Part shown: positions 1-8,731 of the stretch, piece after piece
How positions within the stretch are numbered: the stretch's first letter is position 1
Layout of the letters: every line of letters begins with the position of its first letter
Source: Cohnella sp.
GTDB lineage: Bacteria; Bacillota; Bacilli; Paenibacillales; Paenibacillaceae
NCBI RefSeq assembly: GCF_041641335.1
Contig: NZ_JBEPYQ010000023.1
Coordinates: forward strand, 6,816 to 70,815
Reading direction: 5' to 3'
DNA length: 64,000 nt
Notes under the pieces: model-generated
Seen by the model: only the letters and a program-made list of their open reading frames with translations
The model's database searches: none
What the model was told of the DNA's origin: nothing
Made by a program: the position numbers and the translations under genes

Positions 1-78
1 TTCGCAAACACGGCAGAGCTTCGAGGCTGGGTTCGGCGTTGGCGCTGACGAGGGAACTGCTGAGAAAATAAAGAAGAG

Positions 79-287
79 GCCGTCCATAAGTGAGGAAGTA
101 CAAGATTATCGATGAAAAAGAAGGGCATCTATCTCCTGGAGACTGCCTCATACGGTCCTGAAATCACCTCTTAACGGGTTTACCGTTCCCATTTCAGGAT
201 CGTATAGCATCGGAAGGAGATAGATGCCTATTACCATACATCCATCGATAATCGTTAGGTACAACTCTGTTTACTTATGCGACAGCC
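79..287. repeat. Nested-palindrome MITE-like element, copy 1 (lacks the GGGGCCCC/AAGCTT module)
   Basis: Terminal inverted repeats GGCCGTCCATAAGT...ACTTATGCGACAGCC. Inner arms ACAAGATTATCGATGAA/(C)CATCGATAATCGT and GGCATCTATCTCC/GGAGATAGATGCC. Homologous to 14491-14766 (opposite orientation) and 29108-29328. Confidence 0.7.
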
Positions 288-294
288 TCTTCAT

Positions 295-1266
295 TCAAGG
301 ATCGAGAGACAGGTCGCGGAGCAGCTTTTCGCTGCTTCGTTCCAACACGAGCGGGTAGAGCGCGGCTTTGTCCGGGGCCAGCGATCGCAGCTCGTCATAT
401 GCGGCGGACGAAGCGTAGACGCGGTCGGCCTGCTCGACGATCTTCCGCAGAGCTTCGCGGTTGTCGGTGCCCGCAACGTCGCTGGCGATATGGGTCAATC
501 CGGCTTCGGCTACCCGGTCGGCCATCCACTGCCCGCCTTGCCGCCCGAGACAGACGAAAGCAATCCGGCTTCCGGCTTCTATCCGGGCAATCTCCAGCAG
601 CACCGGCGGAGAGGCCGCCGCCCCGATCGTCAGCAAAGGAATGTTAACCCCTTCCAACAGTCCGCGTACCTCATCCGCATGATTCAACGTCGTGACCACC
701 GCGTCCGCCCGCCCAGCCGCTTCGGCAAGAACGTCCGCCCGTCCGGCGATTTCCTCCAGAAACAGCACGCTGACCTCCGCTTGAGTCTCCTTCTCGACCT
801 GCTCCCGATAGAAGGGATGGTCGTGCCCGCGGCATTCGACGAACAGCAGCTTCCGCTTGCCGTCCGAAGCCGCCGACTTTCCGAACAGCCGCGCGAACGC
901 CAGTCCGGCGAGCGCGAGCTCGTCCGGGGAGATTCCGTTCTCTTCGGCTTCCCGCATCGTTCTCGAGAGCAGCTCGTGCATCGCTTGCCGTTTGCGGATC
1001 AGCGTCTCCGAAGCGGGGCCGGCCAATACTTGCGTGCCGCGTCCCTTTTTGCCCGAGACGAGACCTTCCTCGCGAAGCTGCGCATAGACAAGGTTCACCG
1101 TGTTGCGATTAACCTGCAGCGCGTCCGCCAATTGGCCCGCCGGAGGAAGCAGCTCTCCCGGGCGAATGGCGCCGATGCCGATCAGCCACTTCAACTGCTC
1201 CTTGATCTGGACGTTGATGGAGTAGGAAAATTCGGGATCCGCTTGCAGGCGGATGTCATTGTTCAT
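295..1266 (-). CDS. GntR-family transcriptional regulator
   Basis: 323-aa ORF. The N-terminal ...IKEQLKWLIGIGAIRPGELLPPAGQLADALQVNRNTVNLVYAQLREEGLV... is a canonical GntR winged HTH. Confidence 0.85.
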   Translation of the reverse strand: MNNDIRLQADPEFSYSINVQIKEQLKWLIGIGAIRPGELLPPAGQLADALQVNRNTVNLVYAQLREEGLVSGKKGRGTQVLAGPASETLIRKRQAMHELLSRTMREAEENGISPDELALAGLAFARLFGKSAASDGKRKLLFVECRGHDHPFYREQVEKETQAEVSVLFLEEIAGRADVLAEAAGRADAVVTTLNHADEVRGLLEGVNIPLLTIGAAASPPVLLEIARIEAGSRIAFVCLGRQGGQWMADRVAEAGLTHIASDVAGTDNREALRKIVEQADRVYASSAAYDELRSLAPDKAALYPLVLERSSEKLLRDLSLDP

Positions 1267-1348
1267 CGCGGACGCCCCCGTTCGATGGTAGTCGAGTTAG
1301 TCTTATTATACACGCGCGGAACGGAATAGGGATAATTAAATGTCTATT

Positions 1349-1403
1349 TGACTAGTCATTTGGGATAAATCCATTGACAAAAGACTATTTAAATAGTTAT
1401 ATA
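1349..1403 (+). promoter_or_regulatory. Putative promoter/operator region between the GntR gene and the HPP gene
   Basis: Perfect 10-bp palindrome TGACTAGTCA (1349-1358). TTGACA (1374-1379). Perfect 14-bp palindrome ACTATTTAAATAGT (1384-1397) in the spacer, followed by the TATATA-like box at 1398-1403. Confidence 0.4.
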
Positions 1404-1427
1404 TGATTATCTTAATAGTTATTTGGG

Positions 1428-1958
1428 GTGGCGACGGTGATAAAGAGCTTGCAGAATTACTTGGGAAAAATGTCGGGCTCGGGACGCAGTCCGCTCAAAG
1501 TCGTTCCTCGAACAGCGGCGGTCGGTTTGCTGGGAGGATTTATCGCAATCGGATTGCTGGCGCTGTTGGGCGATTCCACCTCCTCGATCTGGCTGATGGC
1601 TCCGTTCGGGGCAAGCTGCGTGCTGGCTTTCGGCCTGTGGGACGCAGCGCTCTCGCAGCCTCGCAACATCGTCGGAGGTCATCTAGTGTCCAGTGCGGTC
1701 GGCTTGGCGCTGCTGCACGCTTTCGGCCAAGACGGATGGGTCGTCGCCCTGGGAGTGGCGCTGTCCATAGCGCTCATGCACTTGACCCGTACGACGCATC
1801 CTCCTGCCGGAGCCGATCCGATCGTCGTCATCCTGGCCGGGGAGTCCTGGACCTTCCTGCTCGATCCCGTGCTGGCGGGCTCCGCGGCGATCGTGCTGAC
1901 GGCGCTGATCGTGAACAATTTGGACTCCCGACGCAAGTATCCGACCTTTTGGCTGTGA
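1428..1958 (+). CDS. HPP-family integral membrane protein
   Basis: 176-aa hydrophobic ORF containing ...MHLTRTTHPPAGADPIVV..., the HPP signature. GTG start; the exact start is uncertain. Confidence 0.75.
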   Translation: MATVIKSLQNYLGKMSGSGRSPLKVVPRTAAVGLLGGFIAIGLLALLGDSTSSIWLMAPFGASCVLAFGLWDAALSQPRNIVGGHLVSSAVGLALLHAFGQDGWVVALGVALSIALMHLTRTTHPPAGADPIVVILAGESWTFLLDPVLAGSAAIVLTALIVNNLDSRRKYPTFWL

Positions 1959-2048
1959 ACCGTATAAATTTTCCAAGGAGAGGACAACGTAGGACGGTTA
2001 AGCGAATTCGGCCGTTAGCGCGGAAATTTCTAAGGGGGATGAAACGGA

Positions 2049-3293
2049 ATGCTCGTACGTTTTCGGAAACTGCAAGGGATAGCGGTCCTGGTCGCGACGT
2101 TGTTCCTCTTGTTTGGATTGTCGGATATTGCGGGGGCCGAGCCCAGGGAGACTCTGAAAGCGGCGTTCGTGCGAGACGGGGATTTGTGGATCAGGAGCGG
2201 CGGCACAGAACGGCGCTTGACCGAAGGGAAACAGGTTTCTCGGCCGCAATGGTCGTTCGACGGAGAGTGGATCGCTTACCAGGAGGGCGAGGAAACGCCG
2301 AATCTCAAACTGTGGCACGTGACTTCGGGGAACAGCCTGGCCGTACTGGCCGAGGGGATTGCGGATTTCCAATGGTCTCCGGATCGCAATGAGTTGGCCT
2401 ACACGGCCGATCGCAAGCTCTCCACGGTCCGACCGGATCGACAAGGCGGCCCCAGGACGGTAGCGGAAGGCATCGGCAGCTTCTCTTGGCTGCCCGAAGG
2501 AAACGGATTTATCGCTTCTTCAGCCGTGAGCCTGCTGCCGGATGGCTGGGAGCGTGTGCGGATTTTGAAGATCCCGCTTGCGGGGGAGGCGGAGACGCTG
2601 TATACGCTGCCGCAGGCTTCCGACGACTTCTTCGCCGTCGGCACGAGCGGCTTCAAATACTCTCCTTCCGGCAAGTGGATCGCGTTCCTGGCGACGCCGA
2701 CCGCTTCTCTGTCCGCGGACGGCAACAACTACTTATGCTTGTTGTCCTCGGACGGAACGAGCTTTCACGCGGTCGATCAGATGCTGAACCGCAGCGAGTG
2801 GTTCCAGTGGGCGAACCGGGAAGATACGTTGGCTTATATCGCCGGCGTCGGACGGGAAGTGTCCCGCAATAAGGTTCTTAAGACGGTGAGAATACCGGCA
2901 TCCGGCAAACCGGCGTCGTATACGCCTAAGGGCTTCGTGGATCAAGGGTTCGCATGGGCGGGAGCGGACCGCATTATCGCTTCCAGGGCGAAGGAGTACG
3001 AAGGCGAGGGCGGGATCGAAAGCTGGCCGCTGCCCAAGCTGGTCGAGATCCGCTTGCAGGGCAATCGCGCCAGCTCGGTAACGGAGCCTCCGCAAGGCTA
3101 CGGGGACTTTGCTCCGCAGTTTTTTCCCCGGGAGCAGCGGCTGGTCTGGGTAAGGTCTAACCGTAATCAAGCCGACGCGCTGATCTCGGGACGCGGCGGA
3201 AAGCATCCTTCCGTCTGGATCAAAAACATCGGCTCGGGAAGACAGTATTACGGTTACGGGAATTGGGGAGAGGTTCTGGCCGTGTACGGCTGA
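2049..3293 (+). CDS. Secreted TolB/PD40-like beta-propeller protein
   Basis: 414-aa ORF with a signal-like N-terminus (LVATLFLLFGLSDIAGA). Repeated W-x-PDG/SPDG-like motifs (QWSFDGEWIAY, QWSPDRNELAY, KYSPSGKWIAF). SD AAGGGGGA lies upstream. Confidence 0.5.
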   Translation: MLVRFRKLQGIAVLVATLFLLFGLSDIAGAEPRETLKAAFVRDGDLWIRSGGTERRLTEGKQVSRPQWSFDGEWIAYQEGEETPNLKLWHVTSGNSLAVLAEGIADFQWSPDRNELAYTADRKLSTVRPDRQGGPRTVAEGIGSFSWLPEGNGFIASSAVSLLPDGWERVRILKIPLAGEAETLYTLPQASDDFFAVGTSGFKYSPSGKWIAFLATPTASLSADGNNYLCLLSSDGTSFHAVDQMLNRSEWFQWANREDTLAYIAGVGREVSRNKVLKTVRIPASGKPASYTPKGFVDQGFAWAGADRIIASRAKEYEGEGGIESWPLPKLVEIRLQGNRASSVTEPPQGYGDFAPQFFPREQRLVWVRSNRNQADALISGRGGKHPSVWIKNIGSGRQYYGYGNWGEVLAVYG

Positions 3294-3306
3294 TCGGGAG
3301 CGAAGG

Positions 3307-4290
3307 TCACTTGCGCTCCAGAGTTTCCGACGATTCGTCCCAGCGCCATACTCCCTTCGAACCGTACAGATGGACGCCTCCGAGCCACAGATCGATTCCG
3401 TTCAGCGTTATCCGGTCCTCTTCGCCCTTCAGCACCTTGGCGCCTGTACCCATCAGACTGATGCGTGCATGCTGAAATTCCGGAGACATGGCCGCGAACG
3501 TCGGGAAGCGAACGGTAGGCTGCGCGGCAAGGAGCGGATGTGGACCTTGCATCATTCCGGCAAGATATAGCCAGTATTGCAAATCTCCCATGCCCAGGAG
3601 GCTAAGCCGGTCGGAAACGAGCCGGAACAGCTCGAGCGGAGCGTCCGCCCCGTCGCGAAGGGCTTCCAAAGTCGCTTGCTCCACAATGCCGAGACCGTTG
3701 CGAACGGAAGGATAGCGGGCCAGATGCATGCGGAAGGCGGAGCGAAGGTAAGGCAGCGCACGGGTATCTTGCCGCAGGAAGTCGGTCAGCGAGCGAGGAT
3801 CGGCCGAAGCATACGCTTCCCAGGCTTCCCGGCCAAGGCGGAGTTCCTCCGGTTGAATCTCATGACGTTCATCCGCGAGCGGAATGAGCTGCTCCGGCGA
3901 GAGCTGGCCCAGGCCATGAAACGGTTCGAATCCCGGGTATTCCCCGATGCAGACGAGGCTCAGCCGGGTTCGCCCGAGCGGCCGCCGTTCAAATTCGTGA
4001 AGCAAGCGGATAAGCATCGTTTGATCGAAGAGATCGTGCTCGAACCAGAGTACGATCTCTTCGTGTTCGGCCGTTTGTTCGAAAGCGAGCGTCTGCTCCG
4101 CAAGGCCGGCATTCCACAGGTCCGGCGGAATGCCCAACGCCGCGACCATATGCGTAGTCCGGGCTTCATGGCGGGGGTCGGCGAAAATAGGCCCTTCCGT
4201 ATACAGCTCTCTCCAGACGAGAACGTCCCCCTGGATTCCTCCGCGTCTCAGGCTGTCCCCGACGTGGTCTCCGTTGACGATATGCAGCAT
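3307..4290 (-). CDS. DUF1835 domain-containing protein
   Basis: Starts MLHIVNGDHVGDSLRR... with an SD (GGAAGGGAG) upstream of the ATG at 4290. The rest of the 688-aa ORF upstream is an antisense artefact. Confidence 0.7.
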   Translation of the reverse strand: MLHIVNGDHVGDSLRRGGIQGDVLVWRELYTEGPIFADPRHEARTTHMVAALGIPPDLWNAGLAEQTLAFEQTAEHEEIVLWFEHDLFDQTMLIRLLHEFERRPLGRTRLSLVCIGEYPGFEPFHGLGQLSPEQLIPLADERHEIQPEELRLGREAWEAYASADPRSLTDFLRQDTRALPYLRSAFRMHLARYPSVRNGLGIVEQATLEALRDGADAPLELFRLVSDRLSLLGMGDLQYWLYLAGMMQGPHPLLAAQPTVRFPTFAAMSPEFQHARISLMGTGAKVLKGEEDRITLNGIDLWLGGVHLYGSKGVWRWDESSETLERK

Positions 4291-4446
4291 CGCGGCTCCC
4301 TTCCCCGCCGCCCTTCGGCGGCTCTCGTTTTTACCCATTATCCGGCCTGAACCAGCGGAAAGCAAGGCGTCTTCTCCTGAATAATCAGGAGATTTTGGGA
4401 ATAGTAAGAACGATTCGAAATCACCGAAATGGCAGGGAGGATGCAC

Positions 4447-5364
4447 ATGCATTTGGATACGGAACAGGATCGGTACGAGGAGCGGGGCGATCGGCTGAAG
4501 AAGTGGTTGGGAATCGCGGGAAAATGGTTCGTGGTGGCGGCGCTGGCCATCGCCATAACGGTAAGCATGCCCAAGACGAGCTTGGCGGTAGGCAAAGGAG
4601 CGCACGGTCCGGACGTCTACGTCATCCAGGGGATGTTGAAGGCGCTTGGCAGTTATTCCGGGCCGATTACGGGCCATTACAATCAAGCTACGGTACGCGG
4701 CGTGAAGTACTATCAGAAGAAGCACGGTCTGCCCGTGACGGGAACGGTGGACAAGCGTACGTTCACGTCGCTCGTATATGCGTATTCGAGTAAACGAATC
4801 GGCGGCGGGCAGAGCTGGCGCGGCAAAAGCGACGGCAGAAGCTACGGCGGCCAAGGCGGAGGCGGCGCAGGCATCGGGGGCGGAGGCGGCCAAGGCGGAG
4901 GCGGCGCAGGTATCGGCGGCGGAACTGGCCAAGGCGGCGGTGGTGCAGGCATCGGCGGCGGAACTGGTCAGGGCGGCGGTGGTGCAGGCATCGGCGGCGG
5001 AGCTGGCCAAGGTGGCGGCGGCGCAGGTATCGGCGGCGGAACTGGTCAGGGCGGCGGTCAAGGCCAAGGGATAGAAGAAGAGCAAGAAGATCTCGGCAAA
5101 GGCAAGACGGAGCTTAAGGAAGAACTGAAGGAAGAGAAGAAAGACGAGATCAAGGAAGAGAAAAAGGAAGAAATCAAGGACGAGGACCATGGCAAAGCCA
5201 AAGTAGAGGATCACGGCAAAGTCAAAGAAGACGAAGGCCACGATCATGGCAAAGCCAAAGGCGACCAAGGCTACGGCGGCAACGGAGGCGGGCAGCAGCC
5301 TCAAGCTCCGCAAGGCGATACAAAGGACGACAAAGGATACGGCTACGGCGGTCGCGGCAACTAA
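4447..5364 (+). CDS. Membrane-anchored/secreted peptidoglycan-binding-domain protein with a Gly-rich tandem repeat and an acidic/lysine-rich tail
   Basis: TM/signal segment WFVVAALAIAITVSMPKTSLA. PG_binding_1-like core GPDVYVIQGMLKALGSYSGPITGHYNQATVRGVKYYQKKHGLPVTGTVD. Then (GQGGGGAGIGGGx)x5 and a KE/DHGKAK-rich tail. The ATG at 4447 has GGGAGG 6 nt upstream; 4429 and 4441 are alternative starts. Confidence 0.7.
   Translation: MHLDTEQDRYEERGDRLKKWLGIAGKWFVVAALAIAITVSMPKTSLAVGKGAHGPDVYVIQGMLKALGSYSGPITGHYNQATVRGVKYYQKKHGLPVTGTVDKRTFTSLVYAYSSKRIGGGQSWRGKSDGRSYGGQGGGGAGIGGGGGQGGGGAGIGGGTGQGGGGAGIGGGTGQGGGGAGIGGGAGQGGGGAGIGGGTGQGGGQGQGIEEEQEDLGKGKTELKEELKEEKKDEIKEEKKEEIKDEDHGKAKVEDHGKVKEDEGHDHGKAKGDQGYGGNGGGQQPQAPQGDTKDDKGYGYGGRGN
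4849..5070 (+). repeat. 39-bp in-frame tandem repeat (about 5.7 units) encoding GQGGGGAGIGGGT
   Basis: Unit starts at 4849, 4888, 4927, 4966, 5005 and 5044, a constant 39-nt period. Confidence 0.85.
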
Positions 5365-5382
5365 TCCGCGCACTTTCCCGAA

Positions 5383-5411
5383 CCCTCTGCTCTCGCGAGC
5401 AGGGGGTTTTT
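5383..5411 (+). terminator. Rho-independent terminator
   Basis: CCCTCTGCTC-tcgc-GAGCAGGGGG followed by TTTTT. Confidence 0.65.
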
Positions 5412-5539
5412 CGGGTTGACCTCGCTTGCTCTAAGCGGAGGAAAAGCTCTGAGGTCTTCGATTGGATTTTCGCCGGCAATAGGTATACCATATCTATATA
5501 CCTAGCTGCGAACGAGATTCGCAGAATCGCACACGAAAG

Positions 5540-6664
5540 ATGAGGTTGACCATTATGGGAACAGTTATCCTTATAGCTGCGATTGTCGCCATCGCGGTGT
5601 TGCTGATTGTCCGGTATTATCCGCCGCTCGGCGGTCAAGCGTCGCGGGAAAGCAAGCGACGGATCGAGGCCTCGCCCCAAAGCCGCGACCGCAAGTTTGA
5701 AAATCAGATCCCGACGAGTATGAACATGGATTTCCGCACAGGGCTGAAATTGTTCGTCGATATGATCAAAGGCCATCCCCAAAGCCGGCCCAAACAACCG
5801 CTGGAGACGGAGAGATTAACGCCGGATAGACTGAGCGCGGGCGGAGACGCCGCCGTGACGTGGTTTGGCCATTCGGCGGTGCTGCTTAAGCTGGACGGCA
5901 AAACCCTCTTCCTCGATCCGATGCTGGGCCGGGTACCGTCGCCGTTTCCTTTGCTGGGTGGACGCCGCTACAGCAAACGATTGCCGATCGAGATCGACGA
6001 GCTTCCGTCGATCGACGCGGTGGTCATCTCTCATGACCACTACGACCATCTGGACTACGGCACGATCAAGAAGCTTCGCGGCAAAGTTCGCAGATTTATC
6101 GTGCCGCTAGGCGTAGCCGCCCATCTGGAAAGGTGGGGAGTCGAGCCGGCGATCATTACAGAGCACGATTGGTGGGACGAGTTGGAATATGAAGGGTTGA
6201 AGCTGGTGTGCGCGCCTGCCCGGCATTTTTCCGGAAGGAACGTGGGCAGCAATCGCAATTCCACCTTGTGGTGCTCGTGGGTGATCGCCGGAAGGCAGGC
6301 CAAGGTGTACTTCAGCGGAGACAGCGGCTACGGGCCGCACTTTAAGGAAATCGGGGACAAGCACGGGCCGTTCGATCTGACGCTCATGGAATGTGGGCAG
6401 TACGACGAGAGATGGTCGGCCATTCATATGATGCCGGAGCAAACCGTTCAAGCCCATCTCGACGTCCGGGGCAGGACGATGCTGCCGATCCATTGGGGAG
6501 CGTTCACGTTGGCTTTGCATGCCTGGACCGATCCCGTCGAAAGAGCGGCGAAGGCGGCGCGGGAACGCGGAGCGACCGTGGTGACTCCCAAAATCGGCGA
6601 AATCGTACCGATCGCGGATCCTCAGCCGAAGGCAAAGGCTTGGTGGAAGCCCGAACTGATCTAA
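5540..6664 (+). CDS. MBL-fold metallo-hydrolase with an N-terminal TM anchor
   Basis: 374-aa ORF. ...AVVISHDHYDHLDYGTI... is the HxHxDH metallo-beta-lactamase motif. ATG 5555 is an alternative start. Confidence 0.8.
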   Translation: MRLTIMGTVILIAAIVAIAVLLIVRYYPPLGGQASRESKRRIEASPQSRDRKFENQIPTSMNMDFRTGLKLFVDMIKGHPQSRPKQPLETERLTPDRLSAGGDAAVTWFGHSAVLLKLDGKTLFLDPMLGRVPSPFPLLGGRRYSKRLPIEIDELPSIDAVVISHDHYDHLDYGTIKKLRGKVRRFIVPLGVAAHLERWGVEPAIITEHDWWDELEYEGLKLVCAPARHFSGRNVGSNRNSTLWCSWVIAGRQAKVYFSGDSGYGPHFKEIGDKHGPFDLTLMECGQYDERWSAIHMMPEQTVQAHLDVRGRTMLPIHWGAFTLALHAWTDPVERAAKAARERGATVVTPKIGEIVPIADPQPKAKAWWKPELI

Positions 6665-6868
6665 GGGGAGGCGACGGAGGTGCTGTACAAGGAGCGCATT
6701 CTGGAAGGAATCCGTCCGCAAGCTGAAAGAGCTGGGCCTGACGATCAGTCTGGGCACCGGTTACCGATTGTCGCCGCGCGGCGAAGCGGTTATGAAGGCG
6801 ATTCGGGCGAAGGGGACGGTCCTGGAGTAAGACTTGAGCAGGATACGGAGAAGGGGAGACGGCGGACG

Positions 6869-7207
6869 GTGCAGCCTTTTACGAAACGGGTCATCGAAGT
6901 CATCAAAAGCATTCCCGAAGGATACGTCATGACTTATGGACAAGTTGCCGCATGTGCCGGCAGCCCGAGAGGGGCGAGGCAGGTCGTGCGGATTCTGCAT
7001 TCGTTAAGCGAGAAGCACGGGCTGCCGTGGCACCGGGTCGTCAACTCCAAAGGGGAGATCGCGATCCAGGAAGGAGAAGGGCGTTACATGCAGAAGCGCT
7101 ACCTGGAAAACGAAGGGGTCGAATTCGGCCTGAACGACCTGATCGATCTGGATGAGTACCGGTATGTCCCGGAGATGGACGGAGACGTCGTTAGCGAGAA
7201 GAAATAA
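6869..7207 (+). CDS. Alkyltransferase-like (ATL) / MGMT-family DNA-binding protein
   Basis: FTKRVIEVIKSIPEGYVMTYGQVAACAGSPRGARQVVRILH...GLPWHRVVNSKGEI. The PWHRV motif has Trp in place of the PCHRV acceptor Cys. GTG 6869 is preceded by AAGGGGAG. The ORF track extends to 6680, but that part looks non-coding in this frame. Confidence 0.65.
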   Translation: MQPFTKRVIEVIKSIPEGYVMTYGQVAACAGSPRGARQVVRILHSLSEKHGLPWHRVVNSKGEIAIQEGEGRYMQKRYLENEGVEFGLNDLIDLDEYRYVPEMDGDVVSEKK

Positions 7208-7260
7208 GCGGAGCTGCGTAGGCAACGAGTAAGAGAGAGAGTCGCGGATAGAACGCAAAA

Positions 7261-7282
7261 GGCAGGCCCAGCCGGGCCTGCC
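7261..7282. terminator. Bidirectional terminator hairpin between the convergent ATL and pepT genes
   Basis: GGCAGGCCC-agcc-GGGCCTGCC, flanked by AAAA upstream and TTTG downstream. Confidence 0.7.
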
Positions 7283-7300
7283 TTTGCTGTCTTGCTGCCG

Positions 7301-8533
7301 TTAGGAACGCTGCTCGAACAGCTTGGCGATCTCGATAATGACGTTCGTCGCTTGGATCATCGTATCGACGGAGACGTATTCGTAGCGTCCGTGATAGTTT
7401 TCTCCACCGGTAAAAATGTTCGGAGTAGGCAGCCCCATGTAACTGAGCTGAGAGCCGTCGGTTCCTCCGCGAATCGGCTGGATGAGCGGCTCGATGCCGA
7501 GGTTGACCATCGCCTGGCGGGCGATGTCCACAATCTCGCGAACCGGCTCGATTTTCTCGCGCATGTTGTAATATTGGTCCTTGATCTCCAGCGTGACCCG
7601 CTCTTGGCCGTATTTCTCCTGCAGTTCCTCCACGATAGCCGCGAGCAGAGCTTTTCGTCCGTCGAAGCGGGCGCGGTCGAAGTCCCGGATCAGGTAATGC
7701 AGCTTGGTCTCCTCTACATCGCCGTTAATCGAGATGAGATGGAAGAAGCCTTCATAGCCGTCCGTATGCTCGGGAGCCTCTTGGACGGGCAGGCGGTTGT
7801 TGATCTCCATCGCGATTTTGGCGGAGTTGACCATTTTGCCTTTGGCCGTTCCGGGGTGGACGATTTTGCCTGTGCATGTAATGCGGGCGGCCGCAGCGTT
7901 AAAGCTCTCGTATTGAAGCTCGCCCAGAGGTCCGCCGTCCATCGTGTAGGCGAATTGCGCGTCGAAGGCCGCCACGTCGAAGCGGTGAGGGCCCCGGCCA
8001 ATCTCTTCGTCCGGCGTGAACGCGACGCGGATGCGTCCATGCTTGATCTCCGGATGTTGGATCAGATAGGCCATCGCGGTCATGATTTCGGTCATGCCCG
8101 CTTTGTCGTCGGCGCCGAGCAGCGTCGTGCCGTCGGTCGTAATCAGCGTGTGCCCCTTGTATTCCGCCAACTCTGGAAAATCACGGGGAGACAGTACGAT
8201 CCGCTGATCGGCGTTCAGCACGAGGTCTCCGCCGTCGTAGTTTTCGACGATCTGCGGTTTGACGTCCTTGCCAGTAAAATCAGTTGCCGTATCGAGGTGC
8301 GCCAGGAAACCGATCGTCGGCACATCCTTGTCCGTGTTAGCGGGAAGGGTGGCCATGACGTAGCCGTTGTCGTCGATCGTCACGTCCTGCATGCCGATCT
8401 GCTTCAATTCTTCTGCCAGCATCCGGCCCAATGTCAACTGTCCTTCGGTCGTCGGACAGGTTTGCTTGCTCTCGTCGGATTGCGTATCGACTTGCGCATA
8501 AGTTTTGAAACGGGTTATGATCTCGTTTTTCAC
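7301..8533 (-). CDS. pepT: Peptidase T (tripeptide aminopeptidase, M20B)
   Basis: 410-aa ORF starting [21 protein letters not shown]..., then ...GFLAHLDTA...GADDKAG...[13 protein letters not shown] start. Confidence 0.9.
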   Translation of the reverse strand: MKNEIITRFKTYAQVDTQSDESKQTCPTTEGQLTLGRMLAEELKQIGMQDVTIDDNGYVMATLPANTDKDVPTIGFLAHLDTATDFTGKDVKPQIVENYDGGDLVLNADQRIVLSPRDFPELAEYKGHTLITTDGTTLLGADDKAGMTEIMTAMAYLIQHPEIKHGRIRVAFTPDEEIGRGPHRFDVAAFDAQFAYTMDGGPLGELQYESFNAAAARITCTGKIVHPGTAKGKMVNSAKIAMEINNRLPVQEAPEHTDGYEGFFHLISINGDVEETKLHYLIRDFDRARFDGRKALLAAIVEELQEKYGQERVTLEIKDQYYNMREKIEPVREIVDIARQAMVNLGIEPLIQPIRGGTDGSQLSYMGLPTPNIFTGGENYHGRYEYVSVDTMIQATNVIIEIAKLFEQRS

Positions 8534-8731
8534 GGTTTATCTCAGCTCCTCGAAGTTATTTTACCATCGTCCCGGTTCTTAACCAAATAGGGCTCCGCAG
8601 CGGAGCGGACGAATAAAGCTCTGTCCGGAGCAGACAGGCAGAACCCCGCAAGATCAAACAGGCAAACCCCATCCGGCAGATCCCAGGCAGCTGAGCGAAA
8701 GGGATAATGGTCATAGGGGAGACGAGTGAGC

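Noticed and set aside
1403-2392. 329-aa plus-strand ORF overlapping the HPP gene and the beta-propeller gene start
   Set aside because: It is an out-of-frame read-through with R/G/S-rich low-complexity sequence. The HPP frame has TM helices and the HPP motif.
3921-3945. GGTTCGAATCCC, a tRNA T-loop-like string
   Set aside because: The flanking bases do not form a T-stem (AACGG/CCCGG do not pair), there are no acceptor or anticodon arms, and it lies inside the DUF1835 coding sequence.
4291-5373. Upstream two thirds of the 688-aa minus-strand ORF 3307..5373
   Set aside because: It is antisense to the Gly-rich gene. Its translation (TSSAADxCAAxAL repeats and FLF/LVL runs) is the mirror image of the GGC-rich 39-nt repeat and the GAA/AAG-rich tail. 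A good SD precedes the internal ATG at 4290, where the recognisable DUF1835 sequence begins.
6680-7207. Single 175-aa MGMT-family protein as given in the ORF track
   Set aside because: Residues about 13-63 in that frame are R/G/P/D-rich and not protein-like, another frame reads better there, and ATL proteins are typically about 100-120 aa. I therefore call the ATL gene from GTG 6869 and report the 5' part as a separate anomaly. This is not certain.
7292-8590. 432-aa plus-strand ORF antisense to pepT
   Set aside because: It has the R/V/D/L/H-rich composition typical of the antisense frame in GC-rich genes, while the opposite strand encodes an unmistakable PepT. The same reasoning applies to 8726..10165 (antisense to the M17 peptidase) and 10887..11876 (antisense to PepV).
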